Origin: Octopus bimaculoides
Lineage: Eukaryota
Length of the DNA stretch: 43,078 nt
Assembly (NCBI RefSeq): GCF_001194135.2
Contig: NC_068989.1
Location: 80,211,388 to 80,254,465, forward strand
Direction: 5' to 3'
The notes under the pieces were generated by a model. It was not told the DNA's origin, searched no databases, and saw only the letters and a list, made by a program, of their open reading frames with translations. Below are positions 12,526-24,178 of the stretch, in pieces. The first letter of the stretch is position 1; each line of letters opens with the position of its first letter. A program made the position numbers and the translations under genes.

Positions 12526-12959
12526 TAACGAATATATAATGATCCCTTCTGAAAATTATTTCAAAATGGGATTAATTGTATAAAAGTTTTCATCATATCT
12601 CGGTTCATAAACGTTGTTTAGTTCCAGTCCCGCACAGCTGAGATTAAAACTGTTCCAGCTGTGACGATTTTCCCCACTTTTTGTATATCAATTTCCAGTC
12701 GAATATGTTTTGTTTTTTTTCTCTTTCTGTTAAAATGTCTGAGTAAAACTGGTTAGACAGAAAGTGTGCTGACAGTTTACAATCAAAATTTACGAAGGAA
12801 TTTCGGAAAGCGACAGAGAGAAAGATGTAGTGGAAGAATGCGGATGACTTTGAATCATACGTTAGAAGCTAGGAGTTATTATTGCTGCAACTCAAATAAG
12901 AAAGACGATAGACACCTTTTATAGTCAAATTTCGGTCAACAACTACTACTTGATTTGTC

Positions 12960-13135
12960 ATCTGTCGGCTACGTCGAAGTGGAGTCCAGTTGATCCGATC
13001 AACTGAACAGCCTGATCGTGAAAGTTACGTGCAAATGGCTGAGAACTCTACAGACATGCGTAACTTTAACGTAGTTCTCAGGGAGATTTTGCGTAATACA
13101 AAATGTGTCATGGCTGACCCTTTGAAATACAGATA
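12960..13135 (-). mobile_element. SINE family C, degraded 3' fragment
   Basis: Aligns with 39088-39250 ('gatccgatcaac.gaacagcctg.tcgtgaaa', 'taacgtagttctc.ggga.att', 'ggctgaccctttgaa'). Confidence 0.85.
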
Positions 13136-13180
13136 CTATTCACTTTTGGTAGCTGATTGCTCAAGAAGACTTCGCGCCGA

Positions 13181-13289
13181 TCTCACACCATTAAGTGATC
13201 TCATCATTAAGTAATCTCACCATTAAGTGAGAACTCACAATCTCACTATTTAAACGAACTCACTATTAAACGAACTCGCTATTAAGCGA
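13181..13289. repeat. ~16-bp minisatellite, consensus CTCACYATTAARYGAA, about 6-7 degenerate units
   Basis: Units: ctcacaccattaagtgat, ctcatcattaagtaat, ctcaccattaagtgagaa, ctcactatttaaacgaa, ctcactattaaacgaa, ctcgctattaagcga. Confidence 0.85.
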
Positions 13290-13915
13290 CGCACCTTCAC
13301 AGCAACTGCTTACGTAAAAATACAGCAACTTATTTATATAACGATAAGACACGTTGAAGATGGAGTTCAAGATACTCCTAAGAGATCTAATTTTATTTAC
13401 TTTACAAGTCGTCCCTCCGCGTATGGAGAATATAAAAAATGGCAAACTTAAAAGCGGTGCTAATTCAACAGATAATGTCAACCACGCTTACGGTAACTAA
13501 TCATCTGTCTAGTCAAAATCATTATTCTAACAAATGAATATATAGACGATAAAGAAACGAACTGAATGTTTACATCAGATGTTTGTGAATTCACCGAGGG
13601 CAGTAAACACATTAGAATAATGTGGCTGTTTATCAAAAAAACAAAAAAGATGAATAGGAAATAGATAAATACATCACACTGGACTATTTTTATTATCTCT
13701 TTTCTGCATTGTATAAACAAGATTTCATGTCTCTTATATTTTGTATTTTATGTGCAGAAACATAAACTTATTTTTCAAAATTTGATATTACTTACTTCAT
13801 AGCGAGATATAACTCATCTCTCCTAATTCATATATATTTATACACACATACACACACGCACGCATGCACACACACATGCACAAAACACATGTATACATGC
13901 GTACATACATACATT

Positions 13916-13956
<41 letters not shown>

Positions 13957-14292
13957 NNNNNNNNNNNNNNNNNNNNNNNNNNNNNNNNNNNNNNNNNNNN
14001 NNNNNNNNNNNNNNNNNNNNNNNNNNNNNNNNNNNNNNNNNNNNNNNNNNNNNNNNNNNNNNNNNNNNNNNNNNNNNNNNNNNNNNNNNNNNNNNNNNNN
14101 NNNNNNNNNNNNNNNNNNNNNNNNNNNNNNNNNNNNNNNNNNNNNNNNNNNNNNNNNNNNNNNNNNNNNNNNNNNNNNNNNNNNNNNNNNNNNNNNNNNN
14201 NNNNNNNNNNNNNNNNNNNNNNNNNNNNNNNNNNNNNNNNATATACACATGTATATATATATGTGCATACATATGCATGTATATGATATGCA

Positions 14293-14337
<45 letters not shown>

Positions 14338-15452
14338 TACATATCTATCACTGTGAGCGTTCACATGTGTGTATGCATATGTGTATTACATATGTGTATA
14401 CATATGTATGTGGCATTGTGGTATCGGTGTGTATATCCATGCATGTATATGTATGCACACATAGAATTATAATACATAGACTTAGATAAAGCATAAAGAG
14501 AGAATTATTGTTCAACACTCCCGCTCCAGACAATGTACATCCAACATAAACGCAGATAGAAACTTCTTAACGTTAGTGCACTAAGATATCCGCCAGCCAC
14601 TACAAATACCACAAACTTATATCAAATAACAGTTTGTTATAGCTGCACTGGAAATATTATATTGCCACCGTCGCTTTATAGTTAGAATAAATAGCAACTT
14701 TTGTACACGCGAGCAGAGCAAATATTCCATCTCAACGCAACGACCTCTACACGTTGTTACCTCGTCGACGGTACACAAATAAGGCCCTGAATTATCTAGG
14801 TATGTTATTGTTTTCATGTTTGTTTGTTTGTTTGTTTGTTTTTGGTGGGGGTGTTTCTGCGATAACGGGAAGCTTTACACCGATCATAAACAACAAAAAC
14901 ACCACAAGTAAACGCGTGCTAAAGCACATGTATTCAACACGCCTTCGCATTCAGAACAATAGACCAACAAATCTCAATACAGCTATCTTAACACCGTAGA
15001 TACTTGATCAGTTATGAAAGTTGCAGTTACTCAAGTAAACCTTTAAATTTATGGGGCCCTTGCTTTACTTACAAATTCATGTGTGCACAGTTGAGATCTT
15101 GTAGCAGTCGAGATATTGAACTATATATATCTCTCATCTCATCTAGGTCGTCCCATAGGACACTCCTATTCATAGTGGCATCCTGTGTGGTTTGACGTCC
15201 TATATGGTCCTTCGTGGCGTCATATTGGTTTGGGTTGCGCATACTATAGGAGTCACAGGGCGCTGCTCCATGTGGTCCCACAGTTTCCATCTAACTAGGA
15301 ATATTAGTAGGACCTCATCCATCGTCTTGTATTCAAGATCCTCTGCATGACATCCAGCTAGTTCAAAGCCAGGAATTTGATCTGTTAGGTCCTATCGATA
15401 ACTAAATCCACGCCTCGCTGCTAACGCTTCTATTTATTGTCGGTAAGGTTTT

Positions 15453-15516
15453 GTCTGTCTCCTACCCTTCGTCTGTCTCCTACATTTTGTCTGTCTCCTA
15501 CCCTCCTGTCTCCTAC
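15453..15516. repeat. 18-bp-period tandem repeat (core GTCTGTCTCCTAC), 4 copies
   Basis: Cores at 15453, 15471, 15489 and a shortened one at 15506. Confidence 0.9.
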
Positions 15517-15729
15517 CTGTCTGACCTGGTAAGATCTGCTTGAAGATTTCTCTCCCTCCGGCATAGCTCTCCGGGTCAATGGAGCACATAAGCACTTCAC
15601 CGCGACAAGGTACTCGATGAATTGGCCGTTGACTACACAGTGGTTCTTCCGCCCTTTGACAGGTCTCATTTTCCGTCCCGCAGGGTGACCAATAATCACC
15701 CTCCTCACCAAGCAAGATTGATGGGGTAG

Positions 15730-15803
15730 CCAGTTTAGTCACTGACGACCCGACCATACGATAGGTTGTACTGGATTACATATTACAAGTAGCACTCAAG
15801 ACC
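15730..15803 (-). ncRNA. Candidate HDV-like self-cleaving ribozyme (partial, degenerate)
   Basis: Minus strand: P2 CCAGU/ACUGG, L3 containing CC, GG for P1.1, short P4 UCG-UCAG-UGA, and J4/2 C-UAA. P1 (GGUCUU/AUGGUC) and P3 (AC/GU) are weak. Confidence 0.3.
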
Positions 15804-15917
15804 AACCTGACAAATAAAGCGAGAAATAAAAGTAACAGCGCGAAAATATGCATTTTTACAAACATTCTCAAATGCAGACTTCTTTTTTTCAATATGTTGA
15901 AAACCATGCAATATCAC

Positions 15918-16588
15918 TTTATTGTGTCCGGGGAGAGTGATTCTCTTTTAGAGCCTTATCGATTTAAAACACTCACCGATTTCCACTCATTTACTTATTT
16001 ATTTTTACTAAAATTTTTGTTGCGACTTGAAACCTTTTCAATAGTCTTTGACTCTATTCGTTATCGGAATTGCTTTCATTCCTTTTTGTACGCATGCGTA
16101 TGCGTGTATATGTGTACGCATACACATATGTATATATGAATGTGTGTATGTATGAGTGTGTATACATGTATGTGTGTATACATATGTATGCATGTGTGCA
16201 CGTATGTATGTACTGTTTGCATGCATGCATGTATGTGTATGTATGCGTATACATATGTATGCATGCATGCACGTTTTTATGTGTGTATGTATTCTGCATG
16301 TCCATGTGCTTGTGTGTTCATGTTTGTGTGCTTGTGTGTGTGTTGGTGCTCGTGTGTTTGTGAATACACGCATACATACATATATACATATGTATATGCG
16401 TACGTGCACTGATGTACACGCATGCGTACAAAAAAACCGCAATTCAGATAACGGACAGAGTTAAAGACGAGTGAAAAGTTTGCAAGTAACAACGAAAATT
16501 TTAGTAAAAATAAATAAATGAGCGGAAATCGGTGACTGTTAAATTAATAAGGCTCTAAAAGAGAATGACTCGCCCCAGACACAATAAA
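15918..16588. mobile_element. Foldback/MITE-like element with ~180-230-bp terminal inverted repeats and a microsatellite core
   Basis: 15918-16099 is the reverse complement of 16418-16588 with scattered mismatches ('tttattgtgtc.gg..gagt.attctc.ttttagagccttat', 'tcaccgatttcc.ctcattt', 'tttttactaaaatttt', 'tttttgtacgcatgcgt'). Similarity continues into the TATG/CATG core. Confidence 0.85.
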
Positions 16589-16739
16589 ATATGCTTCAAC
16601 ACACGATTTCCCATAAAGAATCTTGCAAACCAAATACATGCAGTATTATGTTTAGAGCAATAACAGAGTAGTGGTCTATAAAGTCGTAGGAAAGGCTATA
16701 AAAGCAGACAAAACTATAGGCATCGGCATGGCTATAAGC

Positions 16740-17125
16740 ACATGCTTGGCAAAGTGGTTGAGAAGCTATTTTTGTAACCATCTGTTTTCGGGTTCTGTCA
16801 CACTGCGCAACAACTCGGGCTAGTGCCTCTTACAAAACATCAGGCCGACTTATGCTTTGTGAATGAATTTAGTTAACGGAAACTGTTTGGAAGCATGTTG
16901 TATATATGCGTGTGCCTTTTTGCTGTTGTTGTCTTTGTCCCCACAACATTTAAAAGCAGATGTTTGTTTACGTCCTCGTAAGTTAACGGTTCAGCAAAAG
17001 AACCCAATGCAATAAGGACCAGACTTTCAACAGATAAGTACTGGGGTTGACTTGTTCAACTAAGACCTTTCGAGCTGGTATCCCGGCATAGCAGCAGTCC
17101 AATGACTGAGGCGATAAACATCAAT
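16740..17125 (+). mobile_element. SINE family A, old full-length copy
   Basis: Collinear with 10471-10868 throughout ('gtggttgagaagct', 'caggccgact', 'aacggaaactg', 'tgtttacgtcctcgtaagttaacggttcagcaaaag', 'gcagtccaatgactgag'). Confidence 0.8.
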
Positions 17126-18769
17126 AAACGGACTTCTTCTATCAGGCAGTATGATAATAGACGTTAACTGTGTTGTAGTAATCTCTGTTCAGCCCCGCCA
17201 CCAACAACAAAATATGCTTGAAATGCCATACTATGTCATACCGACCCAACTATCCACTGGCTGTATAATCAAAATCTTGAGATATATTCACTCACTAATT
17301 GAATTTCGATATCAGCGTGTCAGTGAAAAATGGAAATCGGAGACGGGAATGTCCGATACAGACGGCCGGGAACCTAAATTTTAACGAAATAAATTTTGCA
17401 ATATACTTATAGGCATAGAATATTTAACTCCCTTTTTTTTACAGTAAAACTCATATGCGTTTGTGTTTGAGTATATAATTTCATACACCCACAGAAACAA
17501 CCCACAGGCACAGAACACACACACACATGCACACACATGATCCTATGTACGTAGACGAAGAAGTATTAGATTAAATTGCTATCTATGTGTAATAGATAAC
17601 ATATATACATACATATATGAGTGCGTGTGTGTGTATGTGTATACATACTTAAATACAGACACACACATACATACATATCTGTGTGCGTATATACATATAT
17701 ACAATTATATATACATATATATANNNNNNNNNNNNNNNNNNNNNNNNNNNNNNNNNNNNNNNNNNNNNNNNNNNNNNNNNNNNNNNNNNNNNNNNNNNNN
17801 NNNNNNNNNNNNNNNNNNNNNNNNNNNNNNNNNNNNNNNNNNNNNNNNNNNNNNNNNNNNNNNNNNNNNNNNNNNNNNNNNNNNNNNNNNNNNNNNNNNN
17901 NNNNNNNNNNNNNNNNNNNNNNNNNNNNNNNNNNNNNNNNNNNNNNNNNNNNNNNNNNNNNNNNNNNNNNNNNNNNNNNNNNNNNNNNNNNNNNNNNNNN
18001 NNNNNNNNNNNNNNNNNNNNNNNNNNNNNNNNNNNNNNNNNNNNNNNNNNNNNNNNNNNNNNNNNNNNNNNNNNNNNNNNNNNNNNNNNNNNNNNNNNNN
18101 NNNNNNNNNNNNNNNNNNNNNNNNNNNNNNNNNNNNNNNNNNNNNNNNNNNNNNNNNNNNNNNNNNNNNNNNNNNNNNNNNNNNNNNNNNNNNNNNNNNN
18201 NNNNNNNNNNNNNNNNNNNNNNNNNNTGTGTGTGTGTGTGTAGACGCAATATTCTTTTATACAAGCGAACATTACATATTGAAAAAATGATTAAAGAGTA
18301 ACATACTCAGATAATTATGGAACTTCATTTATCTAAGACTTAGTATCTCTACCTTAATACTCTATTTATCAATCAGTCGAAATAGAGAGAGACAGAGGGA
18401 GAGACAGAGACAGAGAGAGACGCAGAGACGGAGAGACACAGAGAGAGATACAGAGAGACAGGGAGACAGAGAGTAGCGTCCGTGACCCTTTCCAATGCTT
18501 CCGAAACTAACGTGAGTGAGGAACGAAGATTTCCTGAGACGAGAAACGTTGACTAAATGTTTGCACCATTCTGGTCGCCACAAAAAGCACTCAAGGTACT
18601 TGGTGGTGGCGTAAAACAAAGGACATTGTTAAGTCTCCCACACGTGTAGGCCATGGAGGTATTTGAAATGAAGACACAAAACGAAGGAGAACATAACTTA
18701 TCCGTTTCGACTATCTTACAGTTACCACTATTAACTACTCACCTTGGATTGATATTTGCAATGATGAAA

Positions 18770-18840
18770 GACAAACTTGACTTCGGCGCGATTTGAACTC
18801 AGATCACTAAGTCGAAACAAAACAGCATTGTCCGACGCAT
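18770..18840 (-). mobile_element. SINE family B head fragment
   Basis: 'gacttcggcgcgatttgaactcaga..gcattgtccgacgc' is the reverse complement of the family B head. Confidence 0.6.
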
Positions 18841-18863
18841 TGCATGTATGTATGTATGTATGT

Positions 18864-19712
18864 CATTATTCAGTTTTATTTCAAGATCCTTCGGGAGAGA
18901 ATGCAAATCCTTAATTCATACGCTAAAATTGATCACGATAATTTAGACAATAAAAATCTGCAAGATTTCTAACCTAGACCCGAGGCTCCGTCATTGGAAT
19001 TTCAACATCAACAACGGATATTTTTGTATGTATGTATGTATGTATGTATGAATACGTGCAGATTTGTATGTTTTGTTTTATGTACGTATTCTCATGCATA
19101 TACTTAGAGATCTAGACATGCTCACACATACTTAAATGATAAACTTCTGGATAGCTTTACAGACTTTTACAGTTCCAGTGATGGCATGGATCTGTAGTCT
19201 GCGAATCAGCTTTCTTCTTTCTGGTTTTGGGGTATGTATGTATGTATGTATGTATGTATGTATGTATTATGTATGTATTATGTATGTATTATGTATGTAT
19301 GTATGTATGTATGTATGTATGTATGTATGTATGTATGTATATGTAGGTATGTTCTCTCTCGCATTTTAATTTAGCGTAAATTTTGACCGGTCACTTACTT
19401 GGTAGTAAGGTTGTGAAGGAAAGTATCTTGTTTTGTTCATCATTCTTTAAATCATAAGACGGTCTTGCAGATTTTTATTGCCCAAATCGTAATCAGTTGT
19501 AGCGTATAAATTAAATATTTGCATTCTCTCCCGAAAGACGCAAGTTCAGCCATACCTTACTCCAGATGGTTTGGAATGTAACCTGTTGCTCCAATTATAA
19601 GGGGTATGAAACTGTATCTTGGGTACTGGATTTGCAATCTCCTTACTAATGATTCATAGATGTCGTCTTACTCTTGTATTTTTCTAACCATATTGGTGTC
19701 CAGAGGACAGCT
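18864..19712. repeat. Unclassified interspersed repeat with (TATG)n tracts and an internal 75-bp inverted repeat
   Basis: Segments such as 'ttattcagttttatttcaagat', 'ttctaacctagacccgaggctcc.tcattggaatttcaacatc' and 'catacttaaatgataaacttctgg' are recalled as a common octopus repeat. The inverted repeat 18890-18965/19463-19535 is directly visible. Confidence 0.5.
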
Positions 19713-19779
19713 TATTTCCTTGTATGTATGTACTTATATATGTATTATATACGCATGTATGTATGTTCATCTTAATCTC

Positions 19780-19812
19780 ATGAACCCACTAAATCAGTTT
19801 TAGTGGGTTCAT
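19780..19812. other. Perfect 14-bp hairpin with 5-nt loop
   Basis: atgaacccactaaa-tcagt-tttagtgggttcat. Confidence 0.9.
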
Positions 19813-21169
19813 CAGCCATATAAAAAAATGATAGAAAACGAGATATATGCTCCTTAAATGGAAAGTAAGTTTCTTTGATCAAGAGAATGTGGGTTATTTC
19901 TAAGTTACGAGCAGAAACAATAAGTTTCACCGGAGATTGTTGCCATTTACCGTTGCAGGGTAGACTGTTACTTTTTTGTTCATTATATGTCTCAGAAAGT
20001 TTTCGTATTAAAACTGGCGATATGTGCTTTTGGTGATCTCATGCAAGTGTTTGGTCTTATCAAAATTCCTAAGTGTCCGTACTCTTCTTGATTGTTTTAT
20101 CATTTTTTTTTGTAAGCTTATTTTGGAAAAGACGGGTGTAGTGGCAGAATCTAGTTAAGCTGAAACAAGCCGTATTTGAAAGGTTATAAGAGAGTTGGTT
20201 ACAGAGAATTTAGGAGACTTCAGTCTCTATATACTATCGGTTGGATTGTTGATAGAAATTTTCCCTGTCCTCTTGTCTCTCGAGCTACATCTCCCCACAA
20301 ACACTACTTTATATATTTATACATATTCTCCTTTTATTTTCCTTTTACTTTCTCCTCATCTATCTGTTCCACTTCAGCAATCCCTACAATTGCTTCACTC
20401 TCTCCTTGCCACCCTATCTTTTTAGTTAATTACGTACATATTCCCAACAGTATAGCAATACTATATATTTCCCAGCAACATTAATTTTTCTAGATTCACA
20501 TGCTAGAGCTAATGCTTAATTCCTACCTAAATATAGATAAAGTCAAGCATATAAACAGCACAATCCGTGTATAATATGCAGTCTAACTTCATACTGTAAT
20601 CCTGATTACACAGAGAATATTGAAAGCGAAAAGCAAAAATAGAAATAATACGATAGAAGCATGATATAAATAACGCATTTAGCCTTTTTTAATGTATTTT
20701 ACAAAAGTGCACAACACTCTGAAAATAAGTATAAATATTATATTTAACATCATCGCACAAATATGAACCGTAACATTAATAAGCGTAATAAATGTTTGAC
20801 ATGCATAATGAAGATAATCTTTTGATGTAAAATATTATATGTTTCTATAATTAATATATTTTAAGTTACTTTCAAATACCACATTTTCTTTTCCAATTTG
20901 GATATTTAAATAATTTGTGGAGTATTCTATAAATAGAAATTTCACGAGTGATATATATAGTATTAAGTGGAATGTTATGCTGATACGGTCTAATAAGGCC
21001 GTAAAGTGCTCAAGGGGAAATATTCTCTCAAGGACTTAATCTTTTTATTATCAATTTCCTGCTAAATTTACGCTGTTAGTTCTTCAACTGAAAGGGAAAT
21101 TCCAGAAAAAAGTGAGAAATTCTTCTAAGTTACTCAGTACATTCAATGTGTATGAGTGTGATACTGTGC

Positions 21170-21170
21170 G

Positions 21171-21246
<76 letters not shown>

Positions 21247-21300
21247 TGTGTGCGTGCGTGTTTTGTGTTTGGGGGTGCGTGTGTATGTGTGTGTGTGTGT
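21170..21300. repeat. Long (TG)n microsatellite
   Basis: Direct inspection. Confidence 0.95.
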
Positions 21301-22321
21301 TAGGGTTGAAGTACTGAATAACAGATGTAAAACATTGTCAGTTAATTGGAATTTCTCACTGCATGAACGAGAAACGTCAACTCGCCAGATGCTGAGATCA
21401 AAAATCGGACTGACATCGACGAGCAAACTCCAAACTGTTCAGTTATCTTACTGCACAAAAAATGTTTGGAATAACAAGCATATGAGGAAAGACATAAATA
21501 TCAACTTGTAGAGAACTGTGTGAATTACCTTGCATCACAAACTGTGACTGCTTGGGCGCTTCTAATATGATGGCATCGCTTTACTTTAATTGCACTAGAG
21601 TAATTCTGTTTCCTGCACTTACTTTCTTAAACAGACAAAGTTATCAGAATAGCATTGAAATTATGCTATTTAATTCACAACTTACAATTCTGTTGGGCAG
21701 AACACGTTTCCAAGATGAGGCATCAACGCATCCACAGGATTGTGTTGCATAACAACTTTTCTCTGACCGCTGAGTCAATCCAGGCACGAATGAAAGGGTA
21801 CAGAAACACACTAAAGAAAGTCCTTGTTATTTGGGACATTGACCATTACCAATGGTCCAGGGTAGTTTTTAACAGTTCTCTATCTATGCTTGATCAACAC
21901 AATTAAGAGATCGTCGGGCGAGAGATCTTGGGACTCGAACCTATTTCGCGACACTTTATGCAAGTGTTTCTTACTATAAATTTCAATTAATTAATATCTT
22001 AAATATGGAATTTGGTGAACAGAAATTTCCTAGAAGCCTATTGTATATTTATGCGTATGTGTGCATATGTTTGTGTGTTTGTGTCTTCGTATGGTTGTAT
22101 ATCCATATGCGCATATTTACTGCTATAATTCCAAGTGTATATTTGTTTTTCAAAAAGGGAACTGAACTGCTCAATAAATATGGGTCGATAAAATAGTACC
22201 AGACTGAAATAAGTACTAAAGTCGATGCGATATACTGAAACGCTCAAAGGCAGTATCACAGCATAATTGCAGTCCAATAACTGAACCCGATAATAGAACG
22301 CCCACACACGCAGACACAAAT

Positions 22322-22384
22322 ATCTATCTAGGTAGATAGATAGATATATTAGATATATTAGATAGATGGATATATTAGATATAT

Positions 22385-22445
<61 letters not shown>
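22322..22445. repeat. (GATA)n microsatellite
   Basis: Direct inspection. Confidence 0.95.
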
Positions 22446-22634
22446 GTTGAAGAGAAGAAATATCACTTTATATTCAAACACAAGCAAGACATTTCCACGA
22501 AATATGATATAATTTTACATCAATGATCAATATAATGGTTAAAGGCTCATCTAACGCCATGTATATTGAAATTTGATGTCTAACACAGACAGATGAGCTT
22601 ATATATTGAAGGGATTTCTATAGCCAACACGCAA

Positions 22635-22740
22635 CTAATTTTATCGGCCTTTGATAGTTGAAAGAGATTTGAACTCAAGGGGATTACAATGCCGGACACA
22701 AAATATATGAAAGCGTTTTGTCAAAAACATTACCGTCTCT
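22635..22740 (-). mobile_element. SINE family B head fragment (degraded)
   Basis: 'gatttgaactca..gccggacacaaaata..gcgttttgtc' is the reverse complement of the B-box and A-box region. Confidence 0.5.
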
Positions 22741-23044
22741 TTGAAATATTAGAAATAAATATGTTATTACTTATGGGTCTAAGAAAATCAGAAAAGTCCG
22801 AGGAAGAACAGTTCCACTGCGTTTGCTTGTGCGTGCGTGTGTGTGTGTGTGCACGTGTGTGTAAGTTTGTGTGTGCGTGCATATATGTGTGTGGGTGTGT
22901 GTGTGTAAATTCTTAATATATATATATATATATATATATATANNNNNNNNNNNNNNNNNNNNNNNNNNNATACTGGGTGCGTAAGGTGTTTGAGGACAGA
23001 CTGTTTTGGGGTCGTTGCTGCAATTTTTGCTGACCCTGTATAAT

Positions 23045-23823
23045 CTTTATTTCAGCTTACTCAAGAAATGAAGAGGTTTTTAGAAATATCTCGATTTTTA
23101 AAAGTCCCCAGATCTTTTGTCTACAAATTTTGTAAGAAGTTAGAGACTAAAAATAGAAACTTATCACCAGTATCAAAGCATGAAAAGCATTTTAAACACT
23201 CTGAAATCATGAGAACACCTGAATTTATCCAGCACGTTCAACAGACCATTGATTACAATTCCAGAAGTCCATGAGGTCAATTGCAAAAGATCTCCATGTG
23301 TCAGAATGGTCAGAAACGTTGTCCCCGAAGACATCAGATACAAATTTATATGATAAAGAAAGGCCAATGTGTCAGAAAAAGCAAAATAAAATCACTACAT
23401 CAGATCTAAAAGGTTCTTAAGCAAACTGAAAAATCCAGCAGAAGAAGATTTGATTTGGTTTTTCTCAAACGAGAAAAACTTCGACCAATCACAAATGGTT
23501 ATGTGCATACCCTTCTGAAGTTCTAAGTGTTATGCATACGAAATTTCCTGCAACTGTCAGGGTTGTCAGCAATGAAGGACATGTGATACCTCCTTATTTC
23601 TTTCCACAAGGCCTTAGAGTTAACTCTGCCGCCTACATTGAGGTCCTGGAAATAATTGTTACGCCCTGAATAGACAGTGTTTGCAATTGAAGGTCATATG
23701 TGTTTCAGTAAGACTCTCTTCACTATCACACATGGCTCTAGTAACACAGGAATGGATGGCTGAAACGTTTCATGATCACAGAATCCCTAACATTTCGCTT
23801 CCTAATTCACCAGATCTCAACCT
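23045..23823 (+). pseudogene. Tc1/mariner maT (DD37D, Bmmar1-like) transposase pseudogene, 3'-truncated
   Basis: Frameshifted translation: QEMKR..LEISRFLKVPRSFVYK, RTPEFIQHVQQTID, SMRSIAKDLHVS, WFFSNEKNFDQ, HTKFPATV, EGHVIPPYFFPQGLRVNSAAYIEVL, FQ*DS, TQEWMAETFHDH..PNSPDLN. Spacing from the second D to the PDLN motif fits DD37D; the third D is lost. Confidence 0.9.
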
Positions 23824-24068
23824 ATTTTTGAAAAACAAAAACACGCATTTGGCTTGCTGGACATCAGTGAGCAGCTCGGAAATGCAGTGGTGGTGTAGCG
23901 AATGGATGAAGCTTCGTTTGTTCTATCTGCAGAAGTATATGTTTATCAAGAGTTGGGCTCATTAGTCATCAACGGAGCCACAAGTGTAATGTATACTTTT
24001 GTCTCTTTGCATCGTGTTCTTAGAGCACGATGATGATCTTCCGCTATCACGAGTGGACAGCCATCATA
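23824..24068 (+). mobile_element. RTE-clade LINE 3' end (C-terminal Zn-finger and 3' UTR)
   Basis: 23913-23984 reads FVCSICRSICLSRVGLISHQRSHK, the RTE C-terminal CxxC..SRIGLxSHxRxH motif. It is preceded by FEKQK..AARK and followed by the RTE-type tail 'gatcttccgctatcacgagtggacagccatcata'. Confidence 0.8.
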
Positions 24069-24136
24069 TACATTTACACACACACATGTAAATGCGCATC
24101 TATGTCGGTATATATACATGTATATGTATGTGTCGT

Positions 24137-24178
<42 letters not shown>

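Larger units (their letters stand above)
15050..15810 (-). mobile_element. RTE-clade LINE 5' end fragment (5' UTR)
   Basis: Minus strand 'accttgtcgcggtgaagtgcttatgtgctccattgacccggagagctatgccgg..cagacaggtaggagacag' resembles the RTE/Expander(Rex3)-type 5' UTR as recalled. The segment is GC-rich relative to its flanks. The left boundary is uncertain and no endonuclease ORF is recognisable. Confidence 0.55.

Noticed and set aside
13181-13289. Possible CRISPR-like array
   Set aside because: Units are contiguous with no unique spacers, and the context is eukaryotic; it is a minisatellite.
14617-14817. Minus ORF containing NSGPYLC, resembling the Ig-domain DxGxYxC motif
   Set aside because: No other Ig-fold residues and poor splice signals; probably chance.
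22970-23040. 70-bp segment with mariner-like ends (tactgggtg..tgaccctgta)
   Set aside because: The inverted match is only about 7 of 10 nt and it abuts an N-gap; insufficient to call a MITE or the maT TIR.
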